Source: a bacterium (GTDB lineage Bacteria > Patescibacteriota > Minisyncoccia > Phycocordibacterales > GWA1-40-21). From it: a stretch of 33,425 nucleotides of DNA. Position 1 is the stretch's first letter, and each line of letters starts with the position of its first letter. The position numbers and the translations under genes were made by a program. The notes beneath the pieces are model-generated. The model worked only from the letters and a program-made list of their open reading frames with translations, did no database searches and had not been told where the DNA came from. The stretch is from positions 1-33,425 of the forward strand of contig JBDRJU010000027.1 in NCBI GenBank assembly GCA_043814645.1. The letters run 5' to 3'. Positions 1-9,233 of this stretch are shown here, in pieces.

Positions 1-965
1 ATTTTAAGTCCTGAATTTGTTACGGCCGAAGCAGCAATAAAAAACATACTATCTGTTGGATCTTCTGATAAATAATATGTAATATTTCTATTTATTTCTT
101 TTACCCCATGCACGGTAATAGTAGTTGTTCCTATTCCGTCTATTTGTACTCCGAGTTCTTGTAAAAAGAAGCATAGATCCTGAACCTGATAGTTTGCTGA
201 AGCAAATCTAATAGTTGTTTTACCTGGTATAAGTGCCGCTGCCATGATGGCGTTCTCCGTAACAGTGTCTCCGGACTCATATAAGGCAAATTCTGCAGGT
301 TTTAATCCATCATTTGAAATTTCATAACTGGAAATTTTCGTTTTTATATTTATGCCAAAATTCTCAAGTGCAAAAAAGTGAGGACTTACAGTACGATTAC
401 CAAGTTTACATCCTCCAGAGTGGGGAAGAGAAAACCTTTTGAATAAGTGAACCAAAGGTCCTATAAGCATGATTACACTACGAGTTTTTTCTGCCGATTT
501 CTTATTTATATTCTTTGGATTAATTTTTTTTGCTTCTATTTCTAAGTCATCATTGTTCCATTTTATAGATACTCCGAGACTCTCAATAACTTCTATCATT
601 CTATACACCTCTTCAATTTTTGGAACATTTTTTAAAACTGTTTTTCCTCTATTCATTAAAGATGCAGGTATGATTCCCATAGCGCCATTTTTAGATGTTT
701 TGGTTATGACTGTTCCAAAAAGTTTATTTCCTCCCTCTACTTCAAAATTTATCGTGCCTTTTGAAATATTTATTATCTCACTACCTAAAGCCTCGCTTAT
801 TTTTGAAATCATTTCTGTAGTAAGATTTTGTTCACCACTTTCAATACGAGCAATAACACTTTGTGTCGTTTTTAGTTTTTTCGCAAATGTAGACTGAGTC
901 ACTCCTTTTCTTTTTCTAAGCTCAGCTATTAAATTTCCTATTTGTGAAAGTTTGCTTATTGACAT
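1..965 (-). CDS. murA: UDP-N-acetylglucosamine 1-carboxyvinyltransferase (MurA) with an N-terminal XRE-type HTH domain. The C-terminal part lies outside the window.
   Basis: My own translation of the minus strand from the ATG at 965-963. It gives MSISKLSQIGNLIAELRKRKGVTQSTFAKKLKTTQSVIARIESGEQNL (HTH), then FEVEGGNKLFGTVITKTSKNGAMGIIPASLMNRGKTVLKNVPKIEEV and HSGGCKLGNRTV, the MurA active-site Cys loop. The frame is open to position 1. This ORF is missing from the supplied track because it runs off the edge. Confidence 0.85.
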   Translation of the reverse strand, partial: MSISKLSQIGNLIAELRKRKGVTQSTFAKKLKTTQSVIARIESGEQNLTTEMISKISEALGSEIINISKGTINFEVEGGNKLFGTVITKTSKNGAMGIIPASLMNRGKTVLKNVPKIEEVYRMIEVIESLGVSIKWNNDDLEIEAKKINPKNINKKSAEKTRSVIMLIGPLVHLFKRFSLPHSGGCKLGNRTVSPHFFALENFGINIKTKISSYEISNDGLKPAEFALYESGDTVTENAIMAAALIPGKTTIRFASANYQVQDLCFFLQELGVQIDGIGTTTITVHGVKEINRNITYYLSEDPTDSMFFIAASAVTNSGLK

Positions 966-1057
966 CTTGAAATTATAGCATATGGGCTATAAAATTTACT
1001 AGTGAAATTCAAACGTTATTAATTTGCAATTTAAACTAAACAATATAATATATAAAC

Positions 1058-2071
1058 ATGTCATTTTTTGTAAGAAAATTGGGAATAGATTTAGGTACTG
1101 CAAGCACTCTCGTATTTGTTCCGGGTAAAGGAGTTGTTCTTTTTGAACCTTCCGTTGTTGCTATTTCAGAACAAGATAATAAAATTTTAGCTGTCGGATT
1201 AGAAGCAAAAAATATGATTGGAAAAACTCCCGACAGTATTATTGCTTATAGACCAATGAAAGATGGGGTTATTGCCGACTATCGTGTTACAGAAGCGATG
1301 CTTAGATATTTTATAGATAAAGCTTTGGGTAAATGGAATATTTTTAAACCAGAAGTAATGATTTCAGTTCCCGCTGGAGTTTCTTCTACAGAAAGAAGGG
1401 CTGTTGTGGAAGCGGCAATTAAGGCGGGAGCAAAAAATGCTTATGTTGTTAAAGAACCAATACTTGCCGCTATTGGTGCTGGTATTCCCATTTATGAGCC
1501 GGTAGGTCATATGATTGTAGACATTGGTGGTGGAACAACAGATGTCGCTGTCATTTCACTTGGAGGGATTGTGGCTTCTACATCTGTAAAATGTGCAGGC
1601 AATAAAATTGATGCTGCAATTGCTGATTATATTAAAAAAACTTTCAATCTTGCTATTGGAGATAAAACTGCAGAACAAATAAAAATAACTATTGGAAGTG
1701 CAGTACCGATGGAAGAAGAATTGAGTGTAGTAATAAAAGGGAGAGATTTTTTGACAGGACTTCCACGTTCAACCGAAATAAAAACAAATGAAATTGTAAA
1801 AGCTATTTCAAAAGAACTTAAAGATATGATAAAAGCAATAAAAGATGTTTTACAAGATACTCCGCCGGAACTTGCTGCTGATATTATTGATAATGGAATT
1901 ATTATGACAGGGGGTTCTTCTCAACTTAGAAATCTTACTGAACTTGTGTTTAGAAGAATTGGTGTAAAAGCTGTTGTTGCTAAAGATCCACTCTACTGTG
2001 TTGCAAAAGGGACGGGAATAGCGCTTGAGCATTTAGATACTTATAAAAAGTCTATTATTACTAAACGATAG
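1058..2071 (+). CDS. mreB: Rod-shape determining actin homolog MreB, paralog 1
   Basis: 337 aa. Contains LGIDLGTASTLVF, DIGGGTTDVAVISLGG and GGSSQLRNL, the actin/MreB phosphate and adenosine motifs. Confidence 0.9.
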   Translation: MSFFVRKLGIDLGTASTLVFVPGKGVVLFEPSVVAISEQDNKILAVGLEAKNMIGKTPDSIIAYRPMKDGVIADYRVTEAMLRYFIDKALGKWNIFKPEVMISVPAGVSSTERRAVVEAAIKAGAKNAYVVKEPILAAIGAGIPIYEPVGHMIVDIGGGTTDVAVISLGGIVASTSVKCAGNKIDAAIADYIKKTFNLAIGDKTAEQIKITIGSAVPMEEELSVVIKGRDFLTGLPRSTEIKTNEIVKAISKELKDMIKAIKDVLQDTPPELAADIIDNGIIMTGGSSQLRNLTELVFRRIGVKAVVAKDPLYCVAKGTGIALEHLDTYKKSIITKR

Positions 2072-2100
2072 TTTGATTTAAACCTTAAAATACAATTATA

Positions 2101-2136
2101 AAAAGCTGATTTTGCTTCGCAAATCAGCTTTTTATT
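2101..2136 (+). terminator. Intrinsic terminator after mreB paralog 1
   Basis: 12-bp stem aaaagctgattt / aaatcagctttt (2101-2112 / 2121-2132), followed by a T-run. Confidence 0.7.
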
Positions 2137-2323
2137 TGGATCGTTTCAATTTTGACAAAACGTATTAATAAGTTATACTATTCTTTGAAACTAACTACGA
2201 GATTGGCCATAGCTAAAAGATTCTGAATCTTGGAATTTTTTGGCTATGACTAATGTCAGTCATAGTTCCTCCTCGGATTAGAGGAAAAATTTAAAGTGCA
2301 ACTAAGCGCAAAAGGAGAGTAAG

Positions 2324-2980
2324 ATGAAACAAGATTTTGTCTCAGCCGACTTAACTGTCGGCCAACTGAATGCCATTGTAAAGAAACTCGGTGGCAAAGA
2401 TGCAGCAATGGAGTTTCTCCGTGGTCATTACACGGTTCAACCATGGTGGGTAGAAAATGATGTAATATATTTTAATGTTACATCAGATGGAAAAACAGGT
2501 GAACAATGGGTGAGTCAATTTGAATCAAAAGGGATAGTGGTTCCCGAACTTACAAAAATGCGCCTTTTGTTCAATGATATCAATCATGTGAAGGAAAAAA
2601 TTTATAAGATTGCTGTCATTAAAGGAGAATATTTTTCTGATCAAGACCGTATTATGACAAAAATTGTGAAAGAGGCAATTAAACGTGGTTTTGAAATACC
2701 AAATCCCGAAATTGCTTGTTTCATCAGGGAAAAGTTTTCTGATGAACAAATTAGAATGATGGGTTTTGGCCAAGCTAACCTTATTGGTCAGGTTTATGGA
2801 TTGGGAATTGTTACCATGCACAAAAAACTTTCCGATTTTCATTCTCCATTTGGTATTTCTGAGGGAGTACTTTGTACGTATTCTTCCACCACAGGCTCGT
2901 CATATTTGGAGTCTAACTGGTTTGAACCCACTGACGGGTGGAGTAGCAATACGGGATTTGCGTTCGTAGTTTCGAAATGA
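2324..2980 (+). CDS. Hypothetical protein. No family recognised.
   Basis: 218-aa ORF with a good SD (aaaaggagagtaagATG). It is visibly GC-richer than its neighbours and has a terminator on each side. Confidence 0.6.
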   Translation: MKQDFVSADLTVGQLNAIVKKLGGKDAAMEFLRGHYTVQPWWVENDVIYFNVTSDGKTGEQWVSQFESKGIVVPELTKMRLLFNDINHVKEKIYKIAVIKGEYFSDQDRIMTKIVKEAIKRGFEIPNPEIACFIREKFSDEQIRMMGFGQANLIGQVYGLGIVTMHKKLSDFHSPFGISEGVLCTYSSTTGSSYLESNWFEPTDGWSSNTGFAFVVSK

Positions 2981-2993
2981 GTGTGTTTTTAAC

Positions 2994-3040
2994 AACACCA
3001 TAAACAAAAGTTTAAAAAACTTTTATTTATGGTGTTTTTT
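2994..3040 (+). terminator. Intrinsic terminator after the orphan gene
   Basis: Stem aacaccataaa / tttatggtgtt (2994-3004 / 3026-3036) with an inner aaaagt/actttt stem, followed by tttt. Confidence 0.65.
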
Positions 3041-3057
3041 GTTATTATAGTTTGAGT

Positions 3058-3759
3058 ATGGGTTTAAATTTACCTACAAAAAACAATATTCTTCATCATG
3101 CATACTGTATTTTGGGCAATACTGAAGATGTGATAAATGAATTAGAAAAGTTCTTTTTGAAAGAACTCAATTTTTCCATAGTGAATAATCCAGATTTTTG
3201 GTATGGAAAGTTCGATGTTATGGACATAGAAGATGGAAGATCTATTAAAAATTTGCATCAAAATAAGCCAATATCTGGAGATAAAAAAATATTTGTTGTG
3301 AGCGCAAATTTTATTACGGAAAAAGCTCAAAATGCGATGCTAAAACTTTTTGAAGAACCAAGAGGAGATACGCATTTCTTTTTAGTAATACCCTCTTTGA
3401 GTAATATTATTCCTACATTTAAATCTAGATTATTTATTATAGATACAAATGAAGTAGGCAGCTCTCTTATAAACCCTAAAAACTTTTTGAAAATGTCCAT
3501 AGGAAAGAGAATGGAAGCCGCTAAAAAAATATGTGAAAGTATTTCTGATGAAGAGCAAAGTAAAATAGAAATTATTAAATTTTTAAATTCCTTGGAATCT
3601 GAACTTAAAAAGAAGGTTAATTTTTTAAAAACCGATAATGATGAATTAAAAATGTTTGAAGAAATAGAAAAAGTAAGACAATATGCAGGCGAACAATCTC
3701 CATCTCTAAAAATGCTACTAGAATACATATCTTTAATCCTACCTGTATTAAAAGATTAA
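3058..3759 (+). CDS. holB: DNA polymerase III delta-prime subunit-like clamp-loader protein
   Basis: Contains AYCILG, AQNAMLKLFEEP and IPTFKSR, the sensor motifs of delta-prime/AAA+ clamp loaders. The track starts at TTG 3052. ATG 3058 is preferred. Confidence 0.75.
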   Translation: MGLNLPTKNNILHHAYCILGNTEDVINELEKFFLKELNFSIVNNPDFWYGKFDVMDIEDGRSIKNLHQNKPISGDKKIFVVSANFITEKAQNAMLKLFEEPRGDTHFFLVIPSLSNIIPTFKSRLFIIDTNEVGSSLINPKNFLKMSIGKRMEAAKKICESISDEEQSKIEIIKFLNSLESELKKKVNFLKTDNDELKMFEEIEKVRQYAGEQSPSLKMLLEYISLILPVLKD

Positions 3760-3899
3760 CTTTTGATATAATACAAACTACAAAATAAATTTATGGCACT
3801 TGCCCCGTTGGAAATTTACAGAGGCATGAATCATATATAAAATACATTTTATTAAAAAAGGTCAAAATATAAATTAAAAGTAATTCTATAAATTTCTAT

Positions 3900-4451
3900 A
3901 TGGGGTACGATTTCAAAAAATTAAAAGAAAATATAAAAGGAGCAGAAGAATGGTTAAAGAAAGAATACTCAGGGCTCCGAACAGGCATCGCAAGCCCAAC
4001 TATTTTGGATGGAGTTTGTGTTGAAGTTTATGGTTCTAGAATGCCTATCAATCAACTTGCGAATATTGGGATTGAAGATGCGAGAGTTATAAGAATCACT
4101 CCTTGGGACAAATCCCAATCAAAAACAATTGAAAAAGCCATTACAGTTGCAAATCTTGGCGTATCTGTGGGGATAGATGATAAGGGAGTTAGGATATTTT
4201 TTCCAGAGTTAACAACTGAAAGAAGAACACTTCTTATTAAAACTGCTAAGTCAAAACTTGAAGAAACAAAAATAAAAATAAGAGGTTTTAGAGATGATAC
4301 ATGGGAAGAAATTCAAGCGAAAGAAAAAGAAGGTGGAATGGGAGAGGATGACAAATTTAGATATAAAAATGAAATGCAAAAAATAGTTGATGATGGCAAT
4401 ACTGGTCTTGAAGTTTTGCTTGCTAAAAAAGAAAAGGAAATTAACTCATAA
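3900..4451 (+). CDS. frr: Ribosome recycling factor
   Basis: 183 aa. Contains LRTGIASPTILDGVCVEVYGSRMPINQLANI and FPELTTERR. Confidence 0.95.
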   Translation: MGYDFKKLKENIKGAEEWLKKEYSGLRTGIASPTILDGVCVEVYGSRMPINQLANIGIEDARVIRITPWDKSQSKTIEKAITVANLGVSVGIDDKGVRIFFPELTTERRTLLIKTAKSKLEETKIKIRGFRDDTWEEIQAKEKEGGMGEDDKFRYKNEMQKIVDDGNTGLEVLLAKKEKEINS

Positions 4452-4453
4452 AT

Positions 4454-5572
4454 ATGACTGTTGTTTTATTCTTGTTAATACTTGCGGCTCTAGTTTTTGT
4501 TCATGAACTTGGACATTTTGTCACAGCCAAATTTTTTGGTATACGAGTAGACGAATTTGCTATTGGATTTCCACCAAAAATATTTGGCTGGAAAAAAGGA
4601 GAGACACAATATAATTTAAATCTGATACCTCTTGGTGGTTATGTAAAAATATTTGGTGAAGATCCAGATGATGAGTCTTTGAATGGCCCAGATAATCAAA
4701 GAAGTTTTGTTAATGCTTCAAAATGGAAACAAATTGTAGTACTTCTTTCTGGTGTTTTTATGAATATAATTTTTGCATGGTTACTTATTTCTGCCTCTTT
4801 TAATTTCGGAGTGCTTACATCTGTAGAAGAACAATTTAAAAATAAAGCAGAAAATGTTTCTGTTAGAATATTGTCTGTATTAAAAGATTCACCTTCACAA
4901 ATTGCGGGGCTTAAAGAAGGGGATAGTATTTTAGGAATTGAATCAAAAAATACCCTAAACCCTAAAGTATCGGGCACAAAAATAATTTTTCCAACGGTAT
5001 CAGAAATACAAAATGTTATAGCAGAAAGTTCAGATAGCCTAAATATAGAATATAAAAGAGGAAATGCCACAGGAACTGTAAATATAGTTGCTACAAATGG
5101 AGTTGTGGAAGGAAAAAAAGCAATCGGTATTTCTATGGCTTTAGTTGGAACAGTTAAGTTTGGTTTTTTTCAGTCTTTTGTTGAAGGTGCAAAATTAACT
5201 TATATTGAAACGATAAATATTTCAAAAGGTATTTATAGTTTTTTGGGCGAAGCATTAAGTGGTAAAGGTAATTTGCTCTCTCAAGTTTCTGGTCCTATTG
5301 GCATCGCTGGTATGGTTGGGCAAGCAAGTGAAATAGGATTATCTTATCTTTTAGGTTTTGTTGCAATGATTTCAATAAATCTTGCGGTTCTTAATCTCGT
5401 TCCTTTTCCAGCACTTGATGGAGGTAGAGTTTTGTTTGTTCTTATAGAAATAATTATTAGAAGAAAAATAAAACCAGTAATTGCAAATTTACTAAATTTA
5501 ATTGGTTTTGTTCTTTTGATCGCTCTTATGTTATTTGTAACTTATAAAGATATTTTGAGGTTGTTTCATTGA
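4454..5572 (+). CDS. rseP: RIP metalloprotease RseP (M50 site-2 protease)
   Basis: Contains the HELGHF zinc motif, a central PDZ-like region and the NLVPFPALDGG motif. Multiple TM segments. Confidence 0.9.
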   Translation: MTVVLFLLILAALVFVHELGHFVTAKFFGIRVDEFAIGFPPKIFGWKKGETQYNLNLIPLGGYVKIFGEDPDDESLNGPDNQRSFVNASKWKQIVVLLSGVFMNIIFAWLLISASFNFGVLTSVEEQFKNKAENVSVRILSVLKDSPSQIAGLKEGDSILGIESKNTLNPKVSGTKIIFPTVSEIQNVIAESSDSLNIEYKRGNATGTVNIVATNGVVEGKKAIGISMALVGTVKFGFFQSFVEGAKLTYIETINISKGIYSFLGEALSGKGNLLSQVSGPIGIAGMVGQASEIGLSYLLGFVAMISINLAVLNLVPFPALDGGRVLFVLIEIIIRRKIKPVIANLLNLIGFVLLIALMLFVTYKDILRLFH

Positions 5573-5574
5573 TT

Positions 5575-5604
5575 TTGACTAAGTTTTAAAATTTTAGCTA
5601 TATT
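5575..5604 (+). promoter_or_regulatory. Candidate sigma70-type promoter upstream of proS
   Basis: ttgact (5575-5580), an 18-nt spacer, then tatatt (5599-5604). AT-rich DNA produces many such matches. Confidence 0.3.
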
Positions 5605-5740
5605 GGACACTTTTGTGTATTATTGGGTATAGTTAGTATATAAACAATAATTTTATAAAAAACATAGATTAATCGTACCAATTTTCTTCTTTTTGAATAA
5701 ATACCTTTTGTTTTATTCTAAAATAATGTATATTTAAGTT

Positions 5741-7000
5741 GTGAAGCAATCAAAACTGTTTAGCAAAACTCGCAAAGAGTGTCCAAAAGATGAAGTATCA
5801 AAAAATGCGGATCTTCTTATTCGTGCTGGTTTTATACATAAAGAAATGGCAGGTGTGTATTCATACTTACCACTCGGACTTAGGGTTATGCAGAATATTG
5901 AAAATGTAATTCGTGATGAAATGAATAAACTTGGTGGTTTAGAAATGAAGACATCAATAATTCAAAATAAAGAAGTGTGGGAAAAAACAAATAGATGGAG
6001 TGATGAAGTGGTTGATAATTGGTTTAAGACCAAATTAAAAAATGGTACTGAAGTTGGTTTATCTTTTACAAATGAAGAAGCTTATGCAAATATATTAAAG
6101 CAATATATTAGCTCTTATAAAGATTTGCCCGTCTACCCTTATGATTTTAAAGATATTTTTAGGAATGAAGTTAGAAGTAAATCAGGAATATTGAGAGGAA
6201 GAGAATTTTATTGGAAAGCAATGTATTCTTTTTCAAAAGATGAAGAAGAACATAATAAGTTTTATGAAAAAGCAAAAATAGCTTATAAAAATATTTTTGA
6301 AAGAGTTGGTATTGGTCATTTAACTTATTTAACTTTTGCGTCTGGTGGAACTTTTTCAAAATTTTCGCATGAATTTCAAGCTATAACTAATGCTGGGGAA
6401 GATATAATTTATCTTGATGAAAAAAGTGGTGTGGCAGTAAATAAGGAAATTTGTACTGACGAAATTTTGGAAAGTCTTAATCTTAAAAAAGATGAACTTA
6501 TAGAAATGAAAGCTATTGAAGTTGGAAATATATTTTCTTTAGGCACAAAATTTTCCGAGCCATTTGATTTAAAATATAAAAATGAAAAAGGTGAGAACAA
6601 ATTCGTGGTAATGGGTTGTTATGGTATTGGTCTCGGCAGACTCATGGGTACGGTTGTTGAAATTCTTTCTGATGACAAAGGAATAATATGGCCGGTATCT
6701 ATAGCGCCATTTAAAGTTCATATAGTTGAATTAACTTCAGAAAATAAAAAGGTAAGAGAGACTGCAGAAAAATTATATAATACTCTTGTGAACGAAGGAG
6801 TTGAAGTATTGTATGATGATAGAGAAATTCGTGCTGGGGAAAAATTTAATGATTCAGATCTTATCGGTATTCCTATGAGGATAGTTGTATCTGATAAAGG
6901 ATTAGAAAAAAGTTTGTTTGAAATTAAATTAAGAAAAGATGGAAAAATTGTAAACCTTAAAGAAAAAGAGATTGTTGATTTTGTAAATGAATATAAATAA
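5741..7000 (+). CDS. proS: Prolyl-tRNA synthetase, short form without an editing insertion
   Basis: GTG start. The N-terminus MKQSKLFSKTRKECPKDEVSKNADLLIRAGF is typical of ProRS. Class II core and C-terminal anticodon-binding region are present. 419 aa. Confidence 0.92.
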   Translation: MKQSKLFSKTRKECPKDEVSKNADLLIRAGFIHKEMAGVYSYLPLGLRVMQNIENVIRDEMNKLGGLEMKTSIIQNKEVWEKTNRWSDEVVDNWFKTKLKNGTEVGLSFTNEEAYANILKQYISSYKDLPVYPYDFKDIFRNEVRSKSGILRGREFYWKAMYSFSKDEEEHNKFYEKAKIAYKNIFERVGIGHLTYLTFASGGTFSKFSHEFQAITNAGEDIIYLDEKSGVAVNKEICTDEILESLNLKKDELIEMKAIEVGNIFSLGTKFSEPFDLKYKNEKGENKFVVMGCYGIGLGRLMGTVVEILSDDKGIIWPVSIAPFKVHIVELTSENKKVRETAEKLYNTLVNEGVEVLYDDREIRAGEKFNDSDLIGIPMRIVVSDKGLEKSLFEIKLRKDGKIVNLKEKEIVDFVNEYK

Positions 7001-7004
7001 ATTC

Positions 7005-7143
7005 ACCCTGTTAAATGATTTTAAATTTAAAAATGAAATATTACAAAAATAAAAAACAATATACACAGTATAACTGGTCGTACTTTATGAGAATTATTAA
7101 TTTAAAATTAAGATTTGAAGCTTCAAATCTAATTTAACAGGGT
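7005..7143. repeat. Intergenic segment bracketed by 12-bp inverted repeats and holding a perfect 20-bp palindrome
   Basis: accctgttaaat (7005-7016) is the reverse complement of atttaacagggt (7132-7143). The palindrome agatttgaagcttcaaatct lies at 7111-7130. Confidence 0.4.
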
Positions 7144-7145
7144 AA

Positions 7146-8207
7146 ATGTTCGAAAATTTAAAGAAAAAAATATACAAGCACTTATCCAACGATATAGGAA
7201 TAGATCTTGGTACTGCAAGCACCCTGGTTTATGTTTCTGGTAAGGGAATTATTATCAACGAACCTTCTGTAGTTGCACTAAATCAAAAAACAGGAAGAGT
7301 TGTTGCTGTTGGTACACAAGCAAAAGAAATGTTGGGAAGAACACCTCCACATATTGTAGCTATTAGACCGTTAGTGGATGGAGTTATTTCCGATTTTGAA
7401 ATAACAGAAGAAATGATCGCTTACTTAATAAAAAAGGCAGAAGAATTTTCTCCAAAAATGTTAGGGCCTAGAGTTGTGGTTGGGGTACCTTCTGGAGTCA
7501 CAAATGTAGAAATTCGTGCAGTTCGAGATGCTACACGAAATGCTGGAGCCAGAGAAGTGCATATAATAGAAGAGCCAATGGCTGGAGCTATCGGTATTCG
7601 TTTACCTATAAATGATCCCATAGGAAGTATGGTTATTGATATTGGTGGCGGTACTACAGATATAGCTGTCATATCTTTGGGCGGAATTGTTAAATCTAAA
7701 AGTCTAAGAATTGCTGGTGACAAACTAAATAATGATATTATAAGTTACATAAGAAGTGAATTTAAAATTTTAATTGGAGAAAAAACTGCTGAAAATGTAA
7801 AAATTGCCATATGTTCAGTTGTACCATGTGAACCTTTAGAAGCTCCTATAAAAGGACGCGACTTAATTACAGGTTTGCCAAGGGAAGTTATTTTGACAGA
7901 TTCTGATATAAGGGAAGCCGTATCTGCTTTTATTGAAAGTTTGGTAGATGCTACCAAAGAAGTTTTGGAGACAACCCCACCTGAAATTCTTACAGATATT
8001 ATGCAAAGAGGCATATATGTATTTGGAGGAGGTGCATTTTTAAGAGGACTAGATAAACTTTTAAGTGAATATTTAAAAATTCCAGTATATCTTGTCGATG
8101 ACCCCATAACCGCAGTTGCAAGAGGTACAGGTATTATTCTTGAAAATATGGAACTTTACAAAGAATCATTAATTCAAAACGAAGATGAACTCCCACCAAA
8201 AAAATAA
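7146..8207 (+). CDS. mreB: Rod-shape determining actin homolog MreB, paralog 2, at the head of mreBCD-mrdA
   Basis: 353 aa. Contains IGIDLGTASTLVY, DIGGGTTDIAVISLGG and GGGAFLRGL. Confidence 0.92.
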   Translation: MFENLKKKIYKHLSNDIGIDLGTASTLVYVSGKGIIINEPSVVALNQKTGRVVAVGTQAKEMLGRTPPHIVAIRPLVDGVISDFEITEEMIAYLIKKAEEFSPKMLGPRVVVGVPSGVTNVEIRAVRDATRNAGAREVHIIEEPMAGAIGIRLPINDPIGSMVIDIGGGTTDIAVISLGGIVKSKSLRIAGDKLNNDIISYIRSEFKILIGEKTAENVKIAICSVVPCEPLEAPIKGRDLITGLPREVILTDSDIREAVSAFIESLVDATKEVLETTPPEILTDIMQRGIYVFGGGAFLRGLDKLLSEYLKIPVYLVDDPITAVARGTGIILENMELYKESLIQNEDELPPKK

Positions 8208-8961
8208 AAAATTCCTTTTACCAATTTTTGCTGTAATATTTCTCATCACAATTTTTTCACTATCTTGGACAAAGAATCTCTTGTTTACCAGCGGAACCCC
8301 TTTGTGGATTATTAGAAATAATACAAACTCTTTTTTTTCAAATAATATTGGAGTTTTAAATTCAAAGGCGAGTTTATTAAAAGAAAATGAATTATTAAAA
8401 AAAGAAATTAAATCAAAAGAAAAAGAAAAAATTTTATTTAATTTATTAAAAAAAGAAAATGAAGATTTAAAAAATATTTTTAATAGGAAGCAAGCAAACC
8501 AAAATCTTTTACTTGGAGCTGTACTCGTTAAGCCGTTTTTATCTTTATACGATACACTCATAATAGATGTTGGTGCATCAGATAATGTTAAAGTAGGTAA
8601 TCAGGTTTTAGCCGAAGGAAATATTTTTATTGGATATATTTCAGAAGTTTATGAAAAAACATCAAAAGTTATTTTATATTCATCTCCTGAAGAAAAAACA
8701 AAAGTATTGATAGGGGATAATAATATAGAAAAAGAGGCTATTGGTTTGGGTGGAAATAATTTTAAAATTGAAGTTCCAAGAGAAATAGAAGTTAAAGAAG
8801 GGGATTCTATTGTTATGCCATCAGTTTCAACTAATATTTTTGGCACGGTAGAAAAAATAGAATTTAAAGAATCAGACTCTTTTCAGAATGTTCTATTTAA
8901 AAATCCTGTAAATATATTAGAGCTTAAATGGGTAGAGGTGCTCTTGCCTAATAAAAAATAA
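8185..8961 (+). CDS. mreC: Rod-shape determining protein MreC
   Basis: N-terminal TM helix, a coiled-coil region (LLKENELLKKEIKSKEKEK) and a C-terminal beta-rich domain. Sits between mreB and mreD/mrdA and overlaps mreB by 23 nt. Confidence 0.75.
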   Translation: MNSHQKNKKFLLPIFAVIFLITIFSLSWTKNLLFTSGTPLWIIRNNTNSFFSNNIGVLNSKASLLKENELLKKEIKSKEKEKILFNLLKKENEDLKNIFNRKQANQNLLLGAVLVKPFLSLYDTLIIDVGASDNVKVGNQVLAEGNIFIGYISEVYEKTSKVILYSSPEEKTKVLIGDNNIEKEAIGLGGNNFKIEVPREIEVKEGDSIVMPSVSTNIFGTVEKIEFKESDSFQNVLFKNPVNILELKWVEVLLPNKK

Positions 8962-8963
8962 AA

Positions 8964-9224
8964 ATGTTTAGAATTTTCTCAAACATATTCTTAATTTTAT
9001 CTGTGTTTATATTCCCTGTTTATTTATCAATTTTTTTAATATTTTTATCAATATTTATTTTTAACAATTTTACCGAAGCTGTTGTTTATGGTTTTGTCAT
9101 AGATTTATTATATGGTAGCGGAAGTATTTTTGGTATTAATTTTGCTTATTTTTTTACGACAAGTCTATTTATTTTTTATCTGATTTCTTTCAGATTAAAA
9201 ACCATTCTAAGATTTTCTCTCTAA
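8964..9224 (+). CDS. mreD: Small polytopic membrane protein in the MreD position
   Basis: 86 aa and very hydrophobic. Called only from synteny (mreC, this ORF, mrdA). Shorter than typical MreD. Confidence 0.45.
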   Translation: MFRIFSNIFLILSVFIFPVYLSIFLIFLSIFIFNNFTEAVVYGFVIDLLYGSGSIFGINFAYFFTTSLFIFYLISFRLKTILRFSL

Positions 9225-9233
9225 AGACTTACT

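Noticed and set aside
469-897. 142-aa plus-strand ORF in the supplied track
   Set aside because: It lies entirely antisense to the clearly recognisable murA reading frame. Its composition is low-complexity and Phe/Ile-rich, and it matches no family.
7421-8107. 100-aa and 120-aa minus-strand ORFs
   Set aside because: They are antisense to the strongly conserved mreB paralog 2. The same reasoning applies to the other antisense track ORFs inside frr-rseP, proS, mrdA, lysS, ftsI, murF, the SDR gene and the glycosyltransferase genes.
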